Below, piece after piece: positions 50,429 through 62,323 of a stretch of 64,000 nt of DNA. Both the position numbers and the translations under genes were made by a program. The DNA lies in the NCBI GenBank assembly GCA_020536535.1, contig JAHLWZ010000666.1, positions 1 through 64,000 on the forward strand, written 5' to 3'. This DNA is from Pelomyxa schiedti. Taxonomy: Eukaryota; Protista; Evosea. Positions within the stretch are counted from its first letter, which is position 1. Each line of letters begins with the position of its first letter. The notes beneath the pieces are model-generated. The model did not search any database. It was not told the DNA's origin and saw nothing but the letters and a program-made list of their open reading frames with translations.

Positions 50429-50970
50429 CACCCAAGTCACTCGGAGAATTTGTTTTTCTAGTGTGTTTTGTTTTCACACTGGCACCAGGTTGCGGTCTCA
50501 ATCAACGGGATGATTACCTGCATCAGCTTCTGTAAGGGAGATCTGGGCTCGCTTGGCTCGATTTGTGTGTCGATCTTTGGGGTTGTCGTGTGGAGCTTAT
50601 TTGACTTCGTGACTAACTAACTGGCTTGACATTGTCAAGCACTTCTTGCCAATTGAATCTTAGATCGGCCGTTGGGTTCTTCAGATCTCTTTGTGTTCGG
50701 AGAGGTTCATTTTTGTTTTTTCAAGTCCGGTGCACCTGCGGGACACTAGCGCACACCGCAACCACGTGCGAAGCAGATCGCCACTGCACACGTACACGTA
50801 CGTTCCTGAGATCTTTAGATCTAGCACGCGGTTTCTTGCACGGAAATACGACAAAGTTTGTTTCGCGAGGCCGACGCGGTACTGACTGCGGAAAGGACCG
50901 GCGACACCAACACGTTATCGTTGCTCGTTTCCTTTTATTGCTTTTTCGGCAGTCGTGACTGAGCGCAATT

Positions 50971-52207
50971 ATGGCATCGCGAAAACGATGGATCACTCCT
51001 TTAACCTCCTCCACAATTCAGCCTGCGCGAAATACCCCAGCACTCACTCCTCCGTTCGTTTCCGAGCGAGATACGCCTCCCCCTCTTTTCATCACCCTCA
51101 ATCACGCTCCTAATCCCCCTCCTCATGCTTATTCATCAGCCTCTACCTCGGTAACCCCCCCGCCGGTAATGGCTTGGCAACTCCGCCCTGGTGCAACTTT
51201 GGGCTCCAATGAGGAGGAAACATTGATGTCTGACCCAAGTGTCACTAACTCCCCTACACTTGAAAGGCGCCCGCCTTGGCCATATCTCGTTCAGAACTCA
51301 ACAACTCCCTCTCATCTTTCAACCAGTACCACTTCTCAAGCAATTCCCTTACAGAGGCACCAGTCCTTGTCAACTTCCCAGAATGCTGTATCTTGGCCGA
51401 TTCGGAGTTTGAGTGCTCCGCCATTGATTCCCTCCTTTTTACAAGGTTGGCCTTTTTATGTACACTATCATTTCCTGAGATTCTTCAGGTTGCGACTTGG
51501 AGTTCAGGCCTTCTCGTCGATCTTCAATTCCCGTTGAATTCCCTTCTGAGGTACTGAATTCAGGCAGCGCGCAGGTGTTGAGTTCCCATCCTGAAGTACA
51601 TTCCCTCGCGTACCCTCAACAATAATAACAGGTTTTTTTCAGGAAAAAGACCCCGCCAGTCTATACAAGACTGAACTGTGCCGCTCTTTTATGGAGAACG
51701 GATCATGTCGCTATGGATTCAAATGCCAGTTTGCACATGGAACTGCTGAGTTGCGCCCTGTACAGCGACATCCAAGATACAAGACAGAGATTTGCAAAAC
51801 TTTTCACACAATTGGTGAGTCCCCATAACTTTGGATTGTAATCACCTTCCCAAGGTACTTGCAAGTATGGCACAAGGTGTCGGTTCATCCACATGAAGCC
51901 AACAGCGGAGGTTTCCCAACACCTATTAAGATTAATTCTCATTTTTCATGTAACTGAAGCCGTTCGTTCTACGGGATCCAGATGGGACTCTCAAGGAGGA
52001 CAAGCCAACTCACCCTCAGCCTCCTCCCCTCAATGTACCCTCTACTGCGGCTGTAAGTTCTACTCAAACTGGGGACCCGCGTATGCCTTCCTTTCTAGCA
52101 CAATAGCAGAGACCTAATCCAAATGCACAGCTGTGGATGGTAGACGACCTGGAAGGGCCTCCAGTAGTTCCCGTCTGGAAGTATTCCGCCACCTCACTTC
52201 TTCCTAG
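50971..52207 (+). CDS. Tandem CCCH zinc-finger RNA-binding protein (TTP/ZFP36/TIS11 family)
   Basis: [27 protein letters not shown] and [26 protein letters not shown]; last exon ends [12 protein letters not shown]. Confidence 0.92.
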
Positions 52208-52352
52208 TGGGTTCTGTTGTTGTTACTTTCTACTGTCTCCTGAGGTTGTTTATAGAGGATTCCTCCGGATTAATTTGAAACTAAATAAACCAACCATAAA
52301 AGAAAGTGTTGTACACTTTTGGAACACTGAATCCATCTTTTTTTTCCTTTTT

Positions 52353-55027
52353 TCAAAATGCCGTTGTGCTGTTGGTGGCACTGCCACCTTCTTGGCTCTG
52401 TCTGGTTTTCTCATCCAGCAGTTGAAGCTGTGTCAAAACTGCTGTTGGTTCTGTGTCAGTTGTTGTTGTTGCTTGGTGATCCTGTTGAAGGGTGCTGGAT
52501 TCTTCTGATACTGGTGTAGGTGAAGTTTGGGGTGCGGGTTCTTCAGTAGACGGTGCACTCTGCCCGATAGTGTTGTCAGTTGTTGGAGTTGTGCTGCTGG
52601 AGTGATCAGTGTTCTGTGTGTTTGTGTTTGACGGGATAGCACCGTAGGCCATTGTGCAAGTTGTGGCCGTAGTGGTGGAGGACGGTATGAATTGTGGCGT
52701 GTGATCTGAAGTGAGTGTGACAGGAGGGGCATTCTTGATAGATGCAGTGTAGTACTTGGCGGGAAGGGAACCAAGGTGATCACATAGAATAAGCTGGGTG
52801 CGCGGCTGGAGGAAGGTGTGCAGTGCTGCAAAATTTAAAGATGAGAAGAGGGACCGGCGGTTTTCAGCAGAGATTGGAGGTGCACTTATTGCTGCAGAAG
52901 CTGTACGATTTGAGGGTGCTGATGCTGTCAAAACTGTTGTGTGGCTGGTAGAGGTGGCAGATGAAGTTGCTTTCAGAGATGGGCTGGATTTAGAGTGTTT
53001 CATTTCGGCACTACTAATTGGTCTTGATGAAGAGGAGTCCGGGTAATTAATTAACCCAAATGGGTCGGATCCAGTGTGTGGGAAAAATTGGAACTGGAAA
53101 AACTCTCTTGCTAGAATGGAGCCTGATTTCTTGGGCGCCACTACTGCAGGCTAATGCCAAAGTAAGGGTAAGAATGCGAAAAGAAAGAAACCTTGCTATC
53201 AGAGCTTTTCTTCAGTGCAGATAGAAATTTGTTTGCTGTTGTAGGAGGTTGGGGAGTGTTTTTGCACACTATACAATTTGCTGCATGGTGGTTCACAAGT
53301 TCGATTTTACCGGAGTTGAAGAATTCATGGCATGCTATGTAGAATGTGAAGTGGAATCAGGCTTGAAAAGAAAGAAACCTTCATATCCCTTGTGGATAAC
53401 AGACACCCTGGGTACGTTACTGGAGATAAGGTAGGCAACCATGAGGAAAATTTCTGCCGCACCTTGCGCTGGAGGTTCATGTGACCCCATTCCATATACA
53501 ACAACATGCATTTTTTTGTTGCCTTTCTCGGTTGCCGTCGTCGATAATTGCATTAACATTGTAGCTACTTCTTCCCCTCCATTTTTTTTCTGGAGCTGGA
53601 ATAGAGTTATTACTAATCAAATTTTCTAGTGGTACCAAGTCTGGGGACAAATGGTAGGCAATAGGCAATCTTCCTGCTCCAAATTCTTTTTTGGAACGGC
53701 AATCACAAACAAAGAATGGGGTCGTTCGTTTTCCCTTTATATGGCAATTTTAGATAAGGAAATATATTGAACGAGTGGCCTACTTTATCTCTAAATATAT
53801 CCAAGACTGATATGTGAAGGCAAGGCGAGTATTGTAAATACCTTTGAATCCACGAAGTAAATTTGGCCTAAGACTTTTGTAACTAAACTAACATGGCAGA
53901 GGCAGATACTGTGTGGAACATAATCTCATGTAGTTGCTCACTGTGGTGAAGCTAAGGGATTTGAGGGGAAAAGTGAAAGAACCTGAAAGAGGGAGGCGTA
54001 TCAGTAGAAAGAGTCATAGCATACGATAATACAGTATCCATTTGATCAAGAGTCTTTATTTGGATTGATGACAAGTAAGAGTCCATGGCACTCCCCGTGA
54101 TAGTGAAAATGTCATTTCTTTGAAAATTGTTCTTGTTCATTCCCGAAGTCTTAGGTAAAGTGATACCGATGAAGCAATACAACTGCTGCCGAAATAAACA
54201 TGAACATGCCGGGCTGAGCCAAAGAAAAGTAAGTATCACACAAATGAAGTAGCACTGCTATTGTTTGGCAAGTATTGGCAAAAAACGAGCAAAACTTTTG
54301 CCTGTAAGTTTAAAGGGAATGGGAAGTGAGTTACCCAATCTTTCGGGAAAATACTAAAATTTCTTGTCATTTTGGATACATGTGTTGCCAAAAGCGGGTC
54401 GTGGTAAACAAGAAGTAAACCAAATAACCTACTTAACCCTAAAGGTGTAAGGACAATGTGCTACGGAAAATTTACATACTAACCGGTTAGAACCTCATCT
54501 GAAGGAATTGATAAAGAGTGTGGCAGGTATCGTTCTGATAGTAATATAGCGGACTCAGTAGCCTGAATTTCAGGCATTCCAGAAGCAGAAAGGATGACAG
54601 CAACTTCAGCAAGGGACTTGCATTTTACAGCTTCCCTGTGAAGATAAAATAGATTAAGGAGGGGTTGCAGTAATGGCCACACTCACTTGGACGGGAGTTT
54701 CTTCTCGCAACAAAATCTGGTCCATATACCAGAAGCAAGGTTTATTTGTTCAGATGATAATTCTTCGATTAATTTCAGTGTCCAAAACAGTAATAACGCC
54801 GAGGTTACCTGAGCCGTGACTAGATGCAACAATTTGGTGTTTAGAAATATCACTGAATAAAATAGGGCCGCTAACGGCGGTGGCACACAAACTTCCTCGG
54901 TGCTCACCCTTTATCATATTCTGCACCCAACGTTAATGCACTCAAATTAGTACTACCCGTTCCACTCCTTTAACAGTACCGCCCACGCTCCTGCCCTTGT
55001 GGCGTCAGTAACAGGCACCCTCGCCAT
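52353..55027 (-). CDS. TBC1D23-like protein (TBC plus rhodanese-like domains)
   Basis: LLVYHDPLLATH, FCSFFAN..LCDTYF (TBC); FFVCDCRSKKEFGAGRLPIAYHL and HVVVYGMG..FLMVAYLISSNVPRVSVIHKGYEG (rhodanese-like); S/T-rich tail. Confidence 0.72.
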
Positions 55028-55161
55028 CAGATCTTCCTTTGTGTATTATTTTGAATTTATGCTTCTTCGAATTTCCATGGAAACGTTCGCCGGGGAATTC
55101 TGTTTTTTTTTTGGCAGGATGGCTTCATAATAAGAAAAAGGCATGCGCTGTGTGAGGTTTG

Positions 55162-55900
55162 TCAGTGGAGAAGAAACGTGTCAGGAAAGAGATCTTTGGC
55201 CACATGCAGCATAGTATGTTGCTCTTCTTCTGAATAGGCAACCATGTGAACAGACTCCAATCCTTCATAGCACGAGTCCAGAACTGTCTGAAATCCTACT
55301 CTAATGATATCGTCTAGTGGTCTTTGCCCTCGAAAAACGCCCGCACTGAGCAGAGAAAACGCGAGGCTGTGGAAGGAGTGCTCTTGTGAGATCTGCATCG
55401 AGTTCCGGTACGCCATGGCCAGCAGCCGATCCCTCTCCTCAAAGAACTCCCTGACTTGGTCATCCGTCGAGGGGCTCTTCGCGGACAATGGGTTTATCCT
55501 GTACACAGGCCCCACGGCGTGAATGATGTACCTCACTTTTCTGTGCTCAAAGCTCGGTGTTATCTAAGGCACGTGCGTATCACAATCCAAGCAAGCAAGG
55601 CAATCAGTCAAATCATTGGGTGAATTTTACAATGGCATTTGATTTGGGGCTGGGGGATTCCACTACCTTGGCGTTTCCTGTGGCGCACCCTCCCAGTGCC
55701 TTGCGCGCCTCTTTGAGTTGGAAACCCCCGGCTCGGTTGACGACCTCGTCGACGCCGAATCCGCCTGTGCAGCCCTCGTTGGCTGCGTTGACGATGGCGT
55801 CGCCGGTGAAGTCCAGTATGCTGCCGAACGACGCGCACACGTGCGTCCCTGTGCGGGCCACGACGTGACCAACAACTGAAACCCCGGCGTTGCCCTGCAT
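55162..55900 (-). CDS. Macrodomain protein (MacroD/YmdB-like)
   Basis: GSILDFTGDAIVNAANEGCTGGFGVD, GGCATGNAKV, YIIHAVGPVY, LAFSLLSAGVFRG; one intron. Confidence 0.92.
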
Positions 55901-56127
55901 TCCAACTACAACGGCTTCTGCCCTAAGGAATTTCGCAGCAGAATTCTAGAGTTCCGAAGGCACAACCCACAAGTGACAAAGGTCAGATTCCAGAGGAACC
56001 TCAACCCCACCGGCAGCGCGAGTCTGAGTATCAGTGCTGATTCGTTGAACAACGAAAATGGCCAGTAACAACAGAACGCTGTCATTTTCGTTATCGGTCT
56101 GGTGTTTTTTTTTTTTTGTTCGGCCAA
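55901..56127. promoter_or_regulatory. Putative bidirectional promoter
   Basis: ~227 bp between divergent ATGs, with a poly-T tract and GC-rich coding starts on both sides. Confidence 0.5.
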
Positions 56128-57372
56128 ATGGGCGATGTTCCGAAGGAACCAGCACCAAAGAGACCAAGGACCACGAGGGCAAAAAAACCGGCACCTCTGA
56201 TGCCGTGGCAGGGCACGCCCGACTTGGTCGCCCTCCGCGCGCGGGACCAGGTTGGAGCCCTCCTCATGGCGACGCACCCTCGCTGCTGCAACCGCGATGG
56301 GGCCGCGACGGCTGCGGCAGCGGTTTTGACCGGGCACGTGGCGAGGCACTTGTGGGACGAGTGGGTGATGGGGACCGTGAGGTGGTTCGCGGTCGAGACG
56401 AGGGTGACGAAGGAATCAGGGAGACTCATCAAGCAGTCTTGCCTTTTTGGGCTCGGAATGTCGATGTTGACCATGGGAGTGACCCATGAGCTGGTTGTGA
56501 GGGAGTCCCCAGAGTACGGCTACAGGCTGGACTTCTCACGTGGATTGCAGCGCCTTAGCAGCTCAGAGTTGCACCTGGTGGATTTTGTGAGAGGCACTGA
56601 GACCTTTTTGCTTCCCACGAGTGACATAGAGGGGGTGTTCTGTGGCAACTGCAAGTGGTTTGTGGGTTGCTGTTACTGCGGCGGCCGTTCTACAAGAAGT
56701 ATTGCCATGGGGAGTATCTCCGCGCACCAGGGCGGTTCTGCTGCAGTTGATATCTTCCAGTTTCCTCCCGATAGGGCCCCTTGCTTCGTGTGCTTCAACA
56801 AGCTGGTCGAGAACGAAGCGTTTCTGATGTTCCCTAATGCCGATGGGGTGTCACTATGGATCATAGATGTGGCTCAATCCTGCTCAACAAAGTGCCTCAC
56901 GATGAGCTCCATAAGGTGTAAGGCACGTAGTGCCCCAGTCGTCTTCGAGATTCTGGCAATGAGAAAACAGGACACCAAGGCCATATTCCTTTCATATTCC
57001 TCATTTTCACAGAGCATTGCGGACACAGTCTATGCACTTAAGGAAAATGGTGACCAAGAAGCAACCTTTACCATTGTTGCAGCCAACGCTGAAGGCCTGT
57101 ACCAACTGAGTGAGTCTCTGTTCTGTGTTTTGCAAAGAAGGAGGGCGTTCATATTTGATTGCAACAACCTAGAAACTGCAATTTCGTGCATTCAGGTGGG
57201 AATGTTGGGCAGCTTGATGGTTGGCCTTGGGTGCTTCCTCAAACTTAGTGAAGACAGGATTTCAGTGATTGATGCTTCATCTTCACCAAGGAAGGAGGTG
57301 GCCTCTATTGAGTTCCTCCTACCTGGTTGCTCTTTTCGTTCCTTCCTCCACCGCACTTCTCGCATTTGGTGA
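56128..57372 (+). CDS. Intronless ~414-aa hypothetical protein, probably a lineage-specific family member
   Basis: Uninterrupted ORF; N-terminal ARDQVGALLMATHPRC..RHLWDEWV segment followed by beta-rich sequence. Confidence 0.75.
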   Translation: MGDVPKEPAPKRPRTTRAKKPAPLMPWQGTPDLVALRARDQVGALLMATHPRCCNRDGAATAAAAVLTGHVARHLWDEWVMGTVRWFAVETRVTKESGRLIKQSCLFGLGMSMLTMGVTHELVVRESPEYGYRLDFSRGLQRLSSSELHLVDFVRGTETFLLPTSDIEGVFCGNCKWFVGCCYCGGRSTRSIAMGSISAHQGGSAAVDIFQFPPDRAPCFVCFNKLVENEAFLMFPNADGVSLWIIDVAQSCSTKCLTMSSIRCKARSAPVVFEILAMRKQDTKAIFLSYSSFSQSIADTVYALKENGDQEATFTIVAANAEGLYQLSESLFCVLQRRRAFIFDCNNLETAISCIQVGMLGSLMVGLGCFLKLSEDRISVIDASSSPRKEVASIEFLLPGCSFRSFLHRTSRIW

Positions 57373-57399
57373 TAGGAAAATGTCAAGAAAGGAACCCAT

Positions 57400-59411
57400 C
57401 TAGCTCTGGCATATCAACGACTCGGCACCACTTTTGAGACTCTTCTTGACTTTCGTCTGAGATTCATCAGACCCGCATGGAATTGCCAAAAAAAAATAGT
57501 TGTGGTGATGTCGGAGATGGCATCAGTCGGTTCTGACTATTTTTAGTTACAGAATGACCAAGGGTGAGCACAGCCTCCTGCAAGTGGCACCTTGGAAATT
57601 CACGTATTTCTCTGTTTTTCTTTGCCCAAAAAGGTAGAAAGCTGGCAACCCCACATAAAGTGAGGAGTTGTCGCAGGGCTCGACTGCACGAGTGTCGTGA
57701 TACTACAAATAATGGGAATAGTACTGACATCCAGCCCCAAGGAATGTACGAACGGAGCAAATGAGATCAGCAAACAAAGGCACAGCACATTTGGCAAGGC
57801 CTCTGGACTCATAATGGAGTTCAGCGTCCTCATGACCAAATTTATACAAGTACCTGTAAAATAACTTGAAAGGAATTAAATCAGGTGCGGAAGGAGTGAA
57901 CGACAGTTTACCAGTATAACAATGAAGCTATGCATGAATACTACATATAATGGGAACAGTACTGACATCCAGCCCCAAGAAATGTACGAATCAAGCCTCA
58001 AAATGGAAAAGACCAGAGAATAGATAAGAAGGCTCGCATACAGAAAGTCCCAGAATCTGCATGAAGCGAAACGGATTCTGTCCCGCGCAATTGATCTTTT
58101 ATGCTACAGTGAAATGTTTGCCGTAAGTTTCTTAACAAAAGTTTATAGATTTTTAAATTAATACAGGAGCGTCAATGATTACCGCGCCATGTAGGCTCTT
58201 AATACTGTATCTAATATTGAATCTCCTGGTTTTTCTTTTCGTTTTTTCCAGTGCAAAACTGGGGGTGTGATTAACGGTTAAATTTATTAGGCTAACACAC
58301 AGGGCTTTGGATGTGTCTTCTGGAAGATGGTATTTTACTGCAAGGTTTTTCCACACTGCTGTATCATATATCAAACAATGCAATCTTTTACACGTCTGAT
58401 GAAAATTAACTTCCCACTCTCAATAAAAAAATTAAACACACCACACTTGTTCTGAGGATGCCACGAAGCCCTAAAAACGAGACAATCCTCAAAATAAGTT
58501 CGTCTTGCATTACTATGAGACCATTTTGAAGGGGGTTAGAACCAACCTGGCAGGTCCAGCAAGGGAGAGTCTCCATCACTGGACATTGGAGGTGACATAG
58601 GTGCAACCTTCGTTCTTCTGAAGTTGAATAACCATCCCTTGCCTTTATGAGTGTTCGCTTCCAAATATCCTTTTACATCAATCAAATCCAACTTCGAACT
58701 GCCTGCAGGCACAATTTTGGGCTCGATGTCCAGAACCAACGTGCCACCCCTGTCATCATCATCATCCGCAGTTGCAATCGTGATGTCGCTGACACTTTCG
58801 GCCCTCGGGCAGTGGCCAGCAGTCGGCCGCGCCCATTGCTGTCCCGGTGACGTCACGTGGTGCGCAATTGCAACTGCGTCCATCAGCGATGACGGCGACC
58901 CCGAAGAGGCCGACTCTCCTTGGTCTCCCCCTTGTGCTTTTGGAGGATGGTGGAACCTGAGCCCGTTGAAATATTCGCTGCTGCTACTGCTATTGCTATT
59001 GTTGCTGCTGCTGCTGCCACCAAGTTGGGCCCCGTCGGCGCTCTTGGCACACGGGTGGGTCGCAGACTCCCAGTCGTCGTCGTCGTCGTCGGAATCGGAT
59101 CCGTCGCTGTTGTTGCTCTGCTTATCGACCTCGGCATCGCCGTCGCCGTCATCCCCGCTGTCGTAGTCGGGCTCGTGGTCGCTGTTGCCGTTATTCCCAT
59201 CTTGGTCGTCCTCTTGTTGCGTTGCGGAGCCTAGGGGGCTGGAAGCCGGGTGCTTGTGTGTGCCTCGTCGTTTGGCTTTGTGGTGTCGGTGGCGCCGGGT
59301 CTTGTGGTGGGTCGGGTCTGCATCGCTGCCGTCGGGATTATGGGGCACCCGGGCCTGCTCCCCGGGCGCACCCCAAGAAAACGGACACTCGGTTGGTCCA
59401 TCATCCGACAT
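57400..59411 (-). CDS. F-box protein with C-terminal TMEM185/TMEM60-like transmembrane repeats (3' end approximate)
   Basis: MQDELILRIVSFLGLRGILRTSVVC..LIYDTAVWKNL (F-box); two copies of L[DR]SYI[SP]WGWMSVLFPL[YF]VV in hydrophobic exons. Confidence 0.6.
57701..57990. repeat. 52-bp intragenic direct repeat (57701-57752 and 57939-57990)
   Basis: 49 of 52 bases identical by eye; encodes the repeated SYI.WGWMSVLFPL.VV peptide on the minus strand. Confidence 0.9.
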
Positions 59412-59567
59412 GGGTTATTACGAAAGCTGGTCTGCGAAGCACAACGGAGTTGATTACCCGCGTAAACTGGCACTGACATTTTGCAAATCTGACACAAGTC
59501 ATCGAAAACCTGAAAGCCGGTGGTGCAGTGAACAAGCAGGTGTCGCGCCAAAGTTCTTTCTTGTTGA
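59412..59567. promoter_or_regulatory. Putative bidirectional promoter
   Basis: 156 bp between divergent ATGs (59411 minus, 59568 plus). Confidence 0.5.
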
Positions 59568-62213
59568 ATGCCTAAGAAAACAGCTCATAACAATAACAAA
59601 CAAGCTCAACACACTGGTGTTGTTGCGCACCATCACGCCGTAGATCCTCACGTTTCACACGCGACTGTGAACAAATCTGGGGCCGCTACGAACACGCAGA
59701 GTTACGTCAAAAAGACAACTGTGAGATCCGAGCCAACGACCACTACAACGACGACTACGACTACTACGAGCACAAACACAAATGCAAAACCGAGTGAGAT
59801 CTCAGCACATACAAAACTTGAGCCGAGGAAAGGTCGTGGGTGCCCTGTGGCGTGTTGGGTGCTGCTCGGAGTTTTGGTTGGTATCACCTTGGCACTGGTT
59901 TACTTGAGCCTGTATCCCAGCGAATACTCGGACAACAACCCATACACTTCTCCTGTTACCAACGTACTGGCCGGTGTTGTCTCCCTTATGCCAGCATTTG
60001 CCTCCAGGGATGTTGGTGCGAGTGTTGTGGGTGCAAAAGATCTGAATTCCACCATTATGCAACAACTGGGAAATATGCTGAGCCAACAAAAGCTTCACGA
60101 CATGTTAGGATTGGAGCTATCTGTCGTCTCACCGGTTTCTCTTATTACCTTCCACCTCGTTTCCTTATTATTCCATAGGGTTACAAACCACGGTACCCAG
60201 TGCTATTTGTACCTGGAGCAATTTCCACAGGCCTGGAGCTGTGGCAGGGGAAAGACTGCGCCAAACGCTACTTCAGACAACGCATGTGGGGCACGTTGAC
60301 CATGATGGAAAGTGTGCTTTTACAAGCAAATGCTGGTATTTAACAATTAGGTTTACATTTTATTTTAACCTTTCATGAAGGATTGAGCACTTGATGCTTG
60401 ACCCAGTCACTGGGTTAGATCCTGATGGCGTGAAATTGCGCCCTGCTATGGGAATGTAAGCTGCTGATTACTTAGTACCGGGATACTGGGTAATAGAGCG
60501 CCGATCTTTTCTTTCTTACACATTTGTAATTAATTTTTCTCCCAGATTTGGGGGAAAATCATTGAAGCCCTTGCAGATGTAGGATACGATAGCAATAATA
60601 TGTTTATGTGGGGATATGACTGGCGCCTTCACTTTGAAAACATAGAAGTGAGGGATGCCGTGAGTACAATTAAACTCTTGGTTTCATTCTTACACAATGC
60701 AGGGCCTTACTAAGCTTAAAATGGTACCTACTCAGCTCAATGATATCTTTAAATAAGATAACTCAAGACGTTTTATTGCTTGTATAAAACTCCAGATGAT
60801 AGAAATGGCAAAGTCTGTTCAACGTGAACGAGTGGTCCTACTTGCTCACAGCATGGGGTCTCCCCTTCTATTTTATTTCTTCAAATGGGTTGAGAGCCCT
60901 CTGGGTGGCAGTAAGTATGTAACTTAATATCCCCAAGTTAAGAATAATCCAGACGGAGGACCCAACTGGGTGAATGATCATGATCATGTTCATGCGTTCA
61001 TCAACATCGGAGGTGCCTTCCTTGGTGCCCCTAAATCTGTTAGTGCGTTATTCTCGGGAGAGATGAGAGATACCGCACACCTGGGCCCCTTACAAGGCTA
61101 TCTCGTAGACAGCTTAATTTCCAAAGTGCAAAGGCGGGAGCTTTTTCACTCATGGCGAAGTCTTGGTGCATTGATGCCCAGGGTAAGGAAAAAGGGGAGC
61201 GAGGGAAAAGACTGAAGGGGAAAAAGGGAGGAAATGCCATATGGGGTAATCTTACACATGCACCCGATGACTCCACAAACGGGTTGATGACCAACGGTAG
61301 AATGTTTAGATTTGATCATAATAACACCTATCTGACAATGGACGAAGTACGATGTCCACAAGGAATTTGGTAATGAGATTTCACACAACACAGGTCTTAA
61401 ATTTACTCATGTCTGTGCCGATTCTGAAGCAATCCTTATCCAAGTAATATATCAAGAAAACTGCCTATTCTCATTAATCTCCACAAGATATTCTTTTGGG
61501 TCAAAATTCGAACCCTACATGGAAAATAATCCCTCTTATTGGAGCAACCCACTTGAGTCACCCCTACCTAATGCGCCTGATATGACTGTTTACTGTTTGT
61601 ATGGTGTTGGAAAGAGCACTGAAAGAGCGTATGTTTTCGATTTGTTAATCCGTTTCCAACTTTTTCATCAAGGTACCACTACAACCACGACGGATCCGCA
61701 CAGGGGGAAGTCATAAACTACGAGTGTGTATTTTTTTTTGCCCCCATTACAGTAACAAACAAGTGTTTATTTATTGTAGAGTTTTTAATTCCACTGCGAG
61801 GGTATTCTCAGGTGTTCAAGATGTGGATGGAGATGGAACAATACCACTAATCAGTTTGGGGTACCCTCCTTTTCTTATTTGCAAGATTTGGCTAATTTCT
61901 TGCACAGGTACATGTGCGTGAAGGGATGGCCTGACAATGATGTCCTGAATCCAGGCAGGTCTCCAGTTGTTACAAAAGAGTGTATGTGCCTCTGAATTCT
62001 ATGTGTTACATACCTGAGAGCTACCACAGATCAACACCATCCCGCTTCCCTGAACATCAGAGGAGGCCACTCGACAGGAGACCACGTAGACATCATGGGA
62101 AACAGACAGCTCTCCTCACCGACATTTTACACGTGGTCGCGGATCACGAGCACAACGTTCAAAGCACCATTCTGTCTGATTTGCCCAGCATGGTAAACAA
62201 CGTACAACTCTAA
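59568..62213 (+). pseudogene. Phospholipid:diacylglycerol acyltransferase (PDAT/Lro1, LCAT family) with disabling lesions or assembly errors
   Basis: N-terminal TM helix, PVLFVPGAISTGLELW, LDPVTGLDP, AADYLVPGYW, GYDWRL, AHSMG, SGEMRDTA, YCLYGVGK, DGDGTIPL, HVDIMG. In-frame TAA at 60457, frameshifts near 60320 and 62104. Confidence 0.8.
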
Positions 62214-62323
62214 AGAAGAAACCCTTCATCTCTTCAGGAAAGAATAAAACTGAAAAAAAAATTCGTTGGAATGTGTTAAAGTCAGACACAGTCGGTTGAA
62301 GAGGATTTGGGGTTGTGAGGTGC

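Noticed and set aside
60457-60459. TAA reassignment (alternative genetic code) or a 20-nt GTAAG..TTAG intron as explanation of the PDAT stop
   Set aside because: TAA terminates other genes here (flavodoxin-like, SPRY). Removing the 20-nt segment deletes the conserved AADY motif and shifts the frame. Independent frameshifts exist in the same gene.
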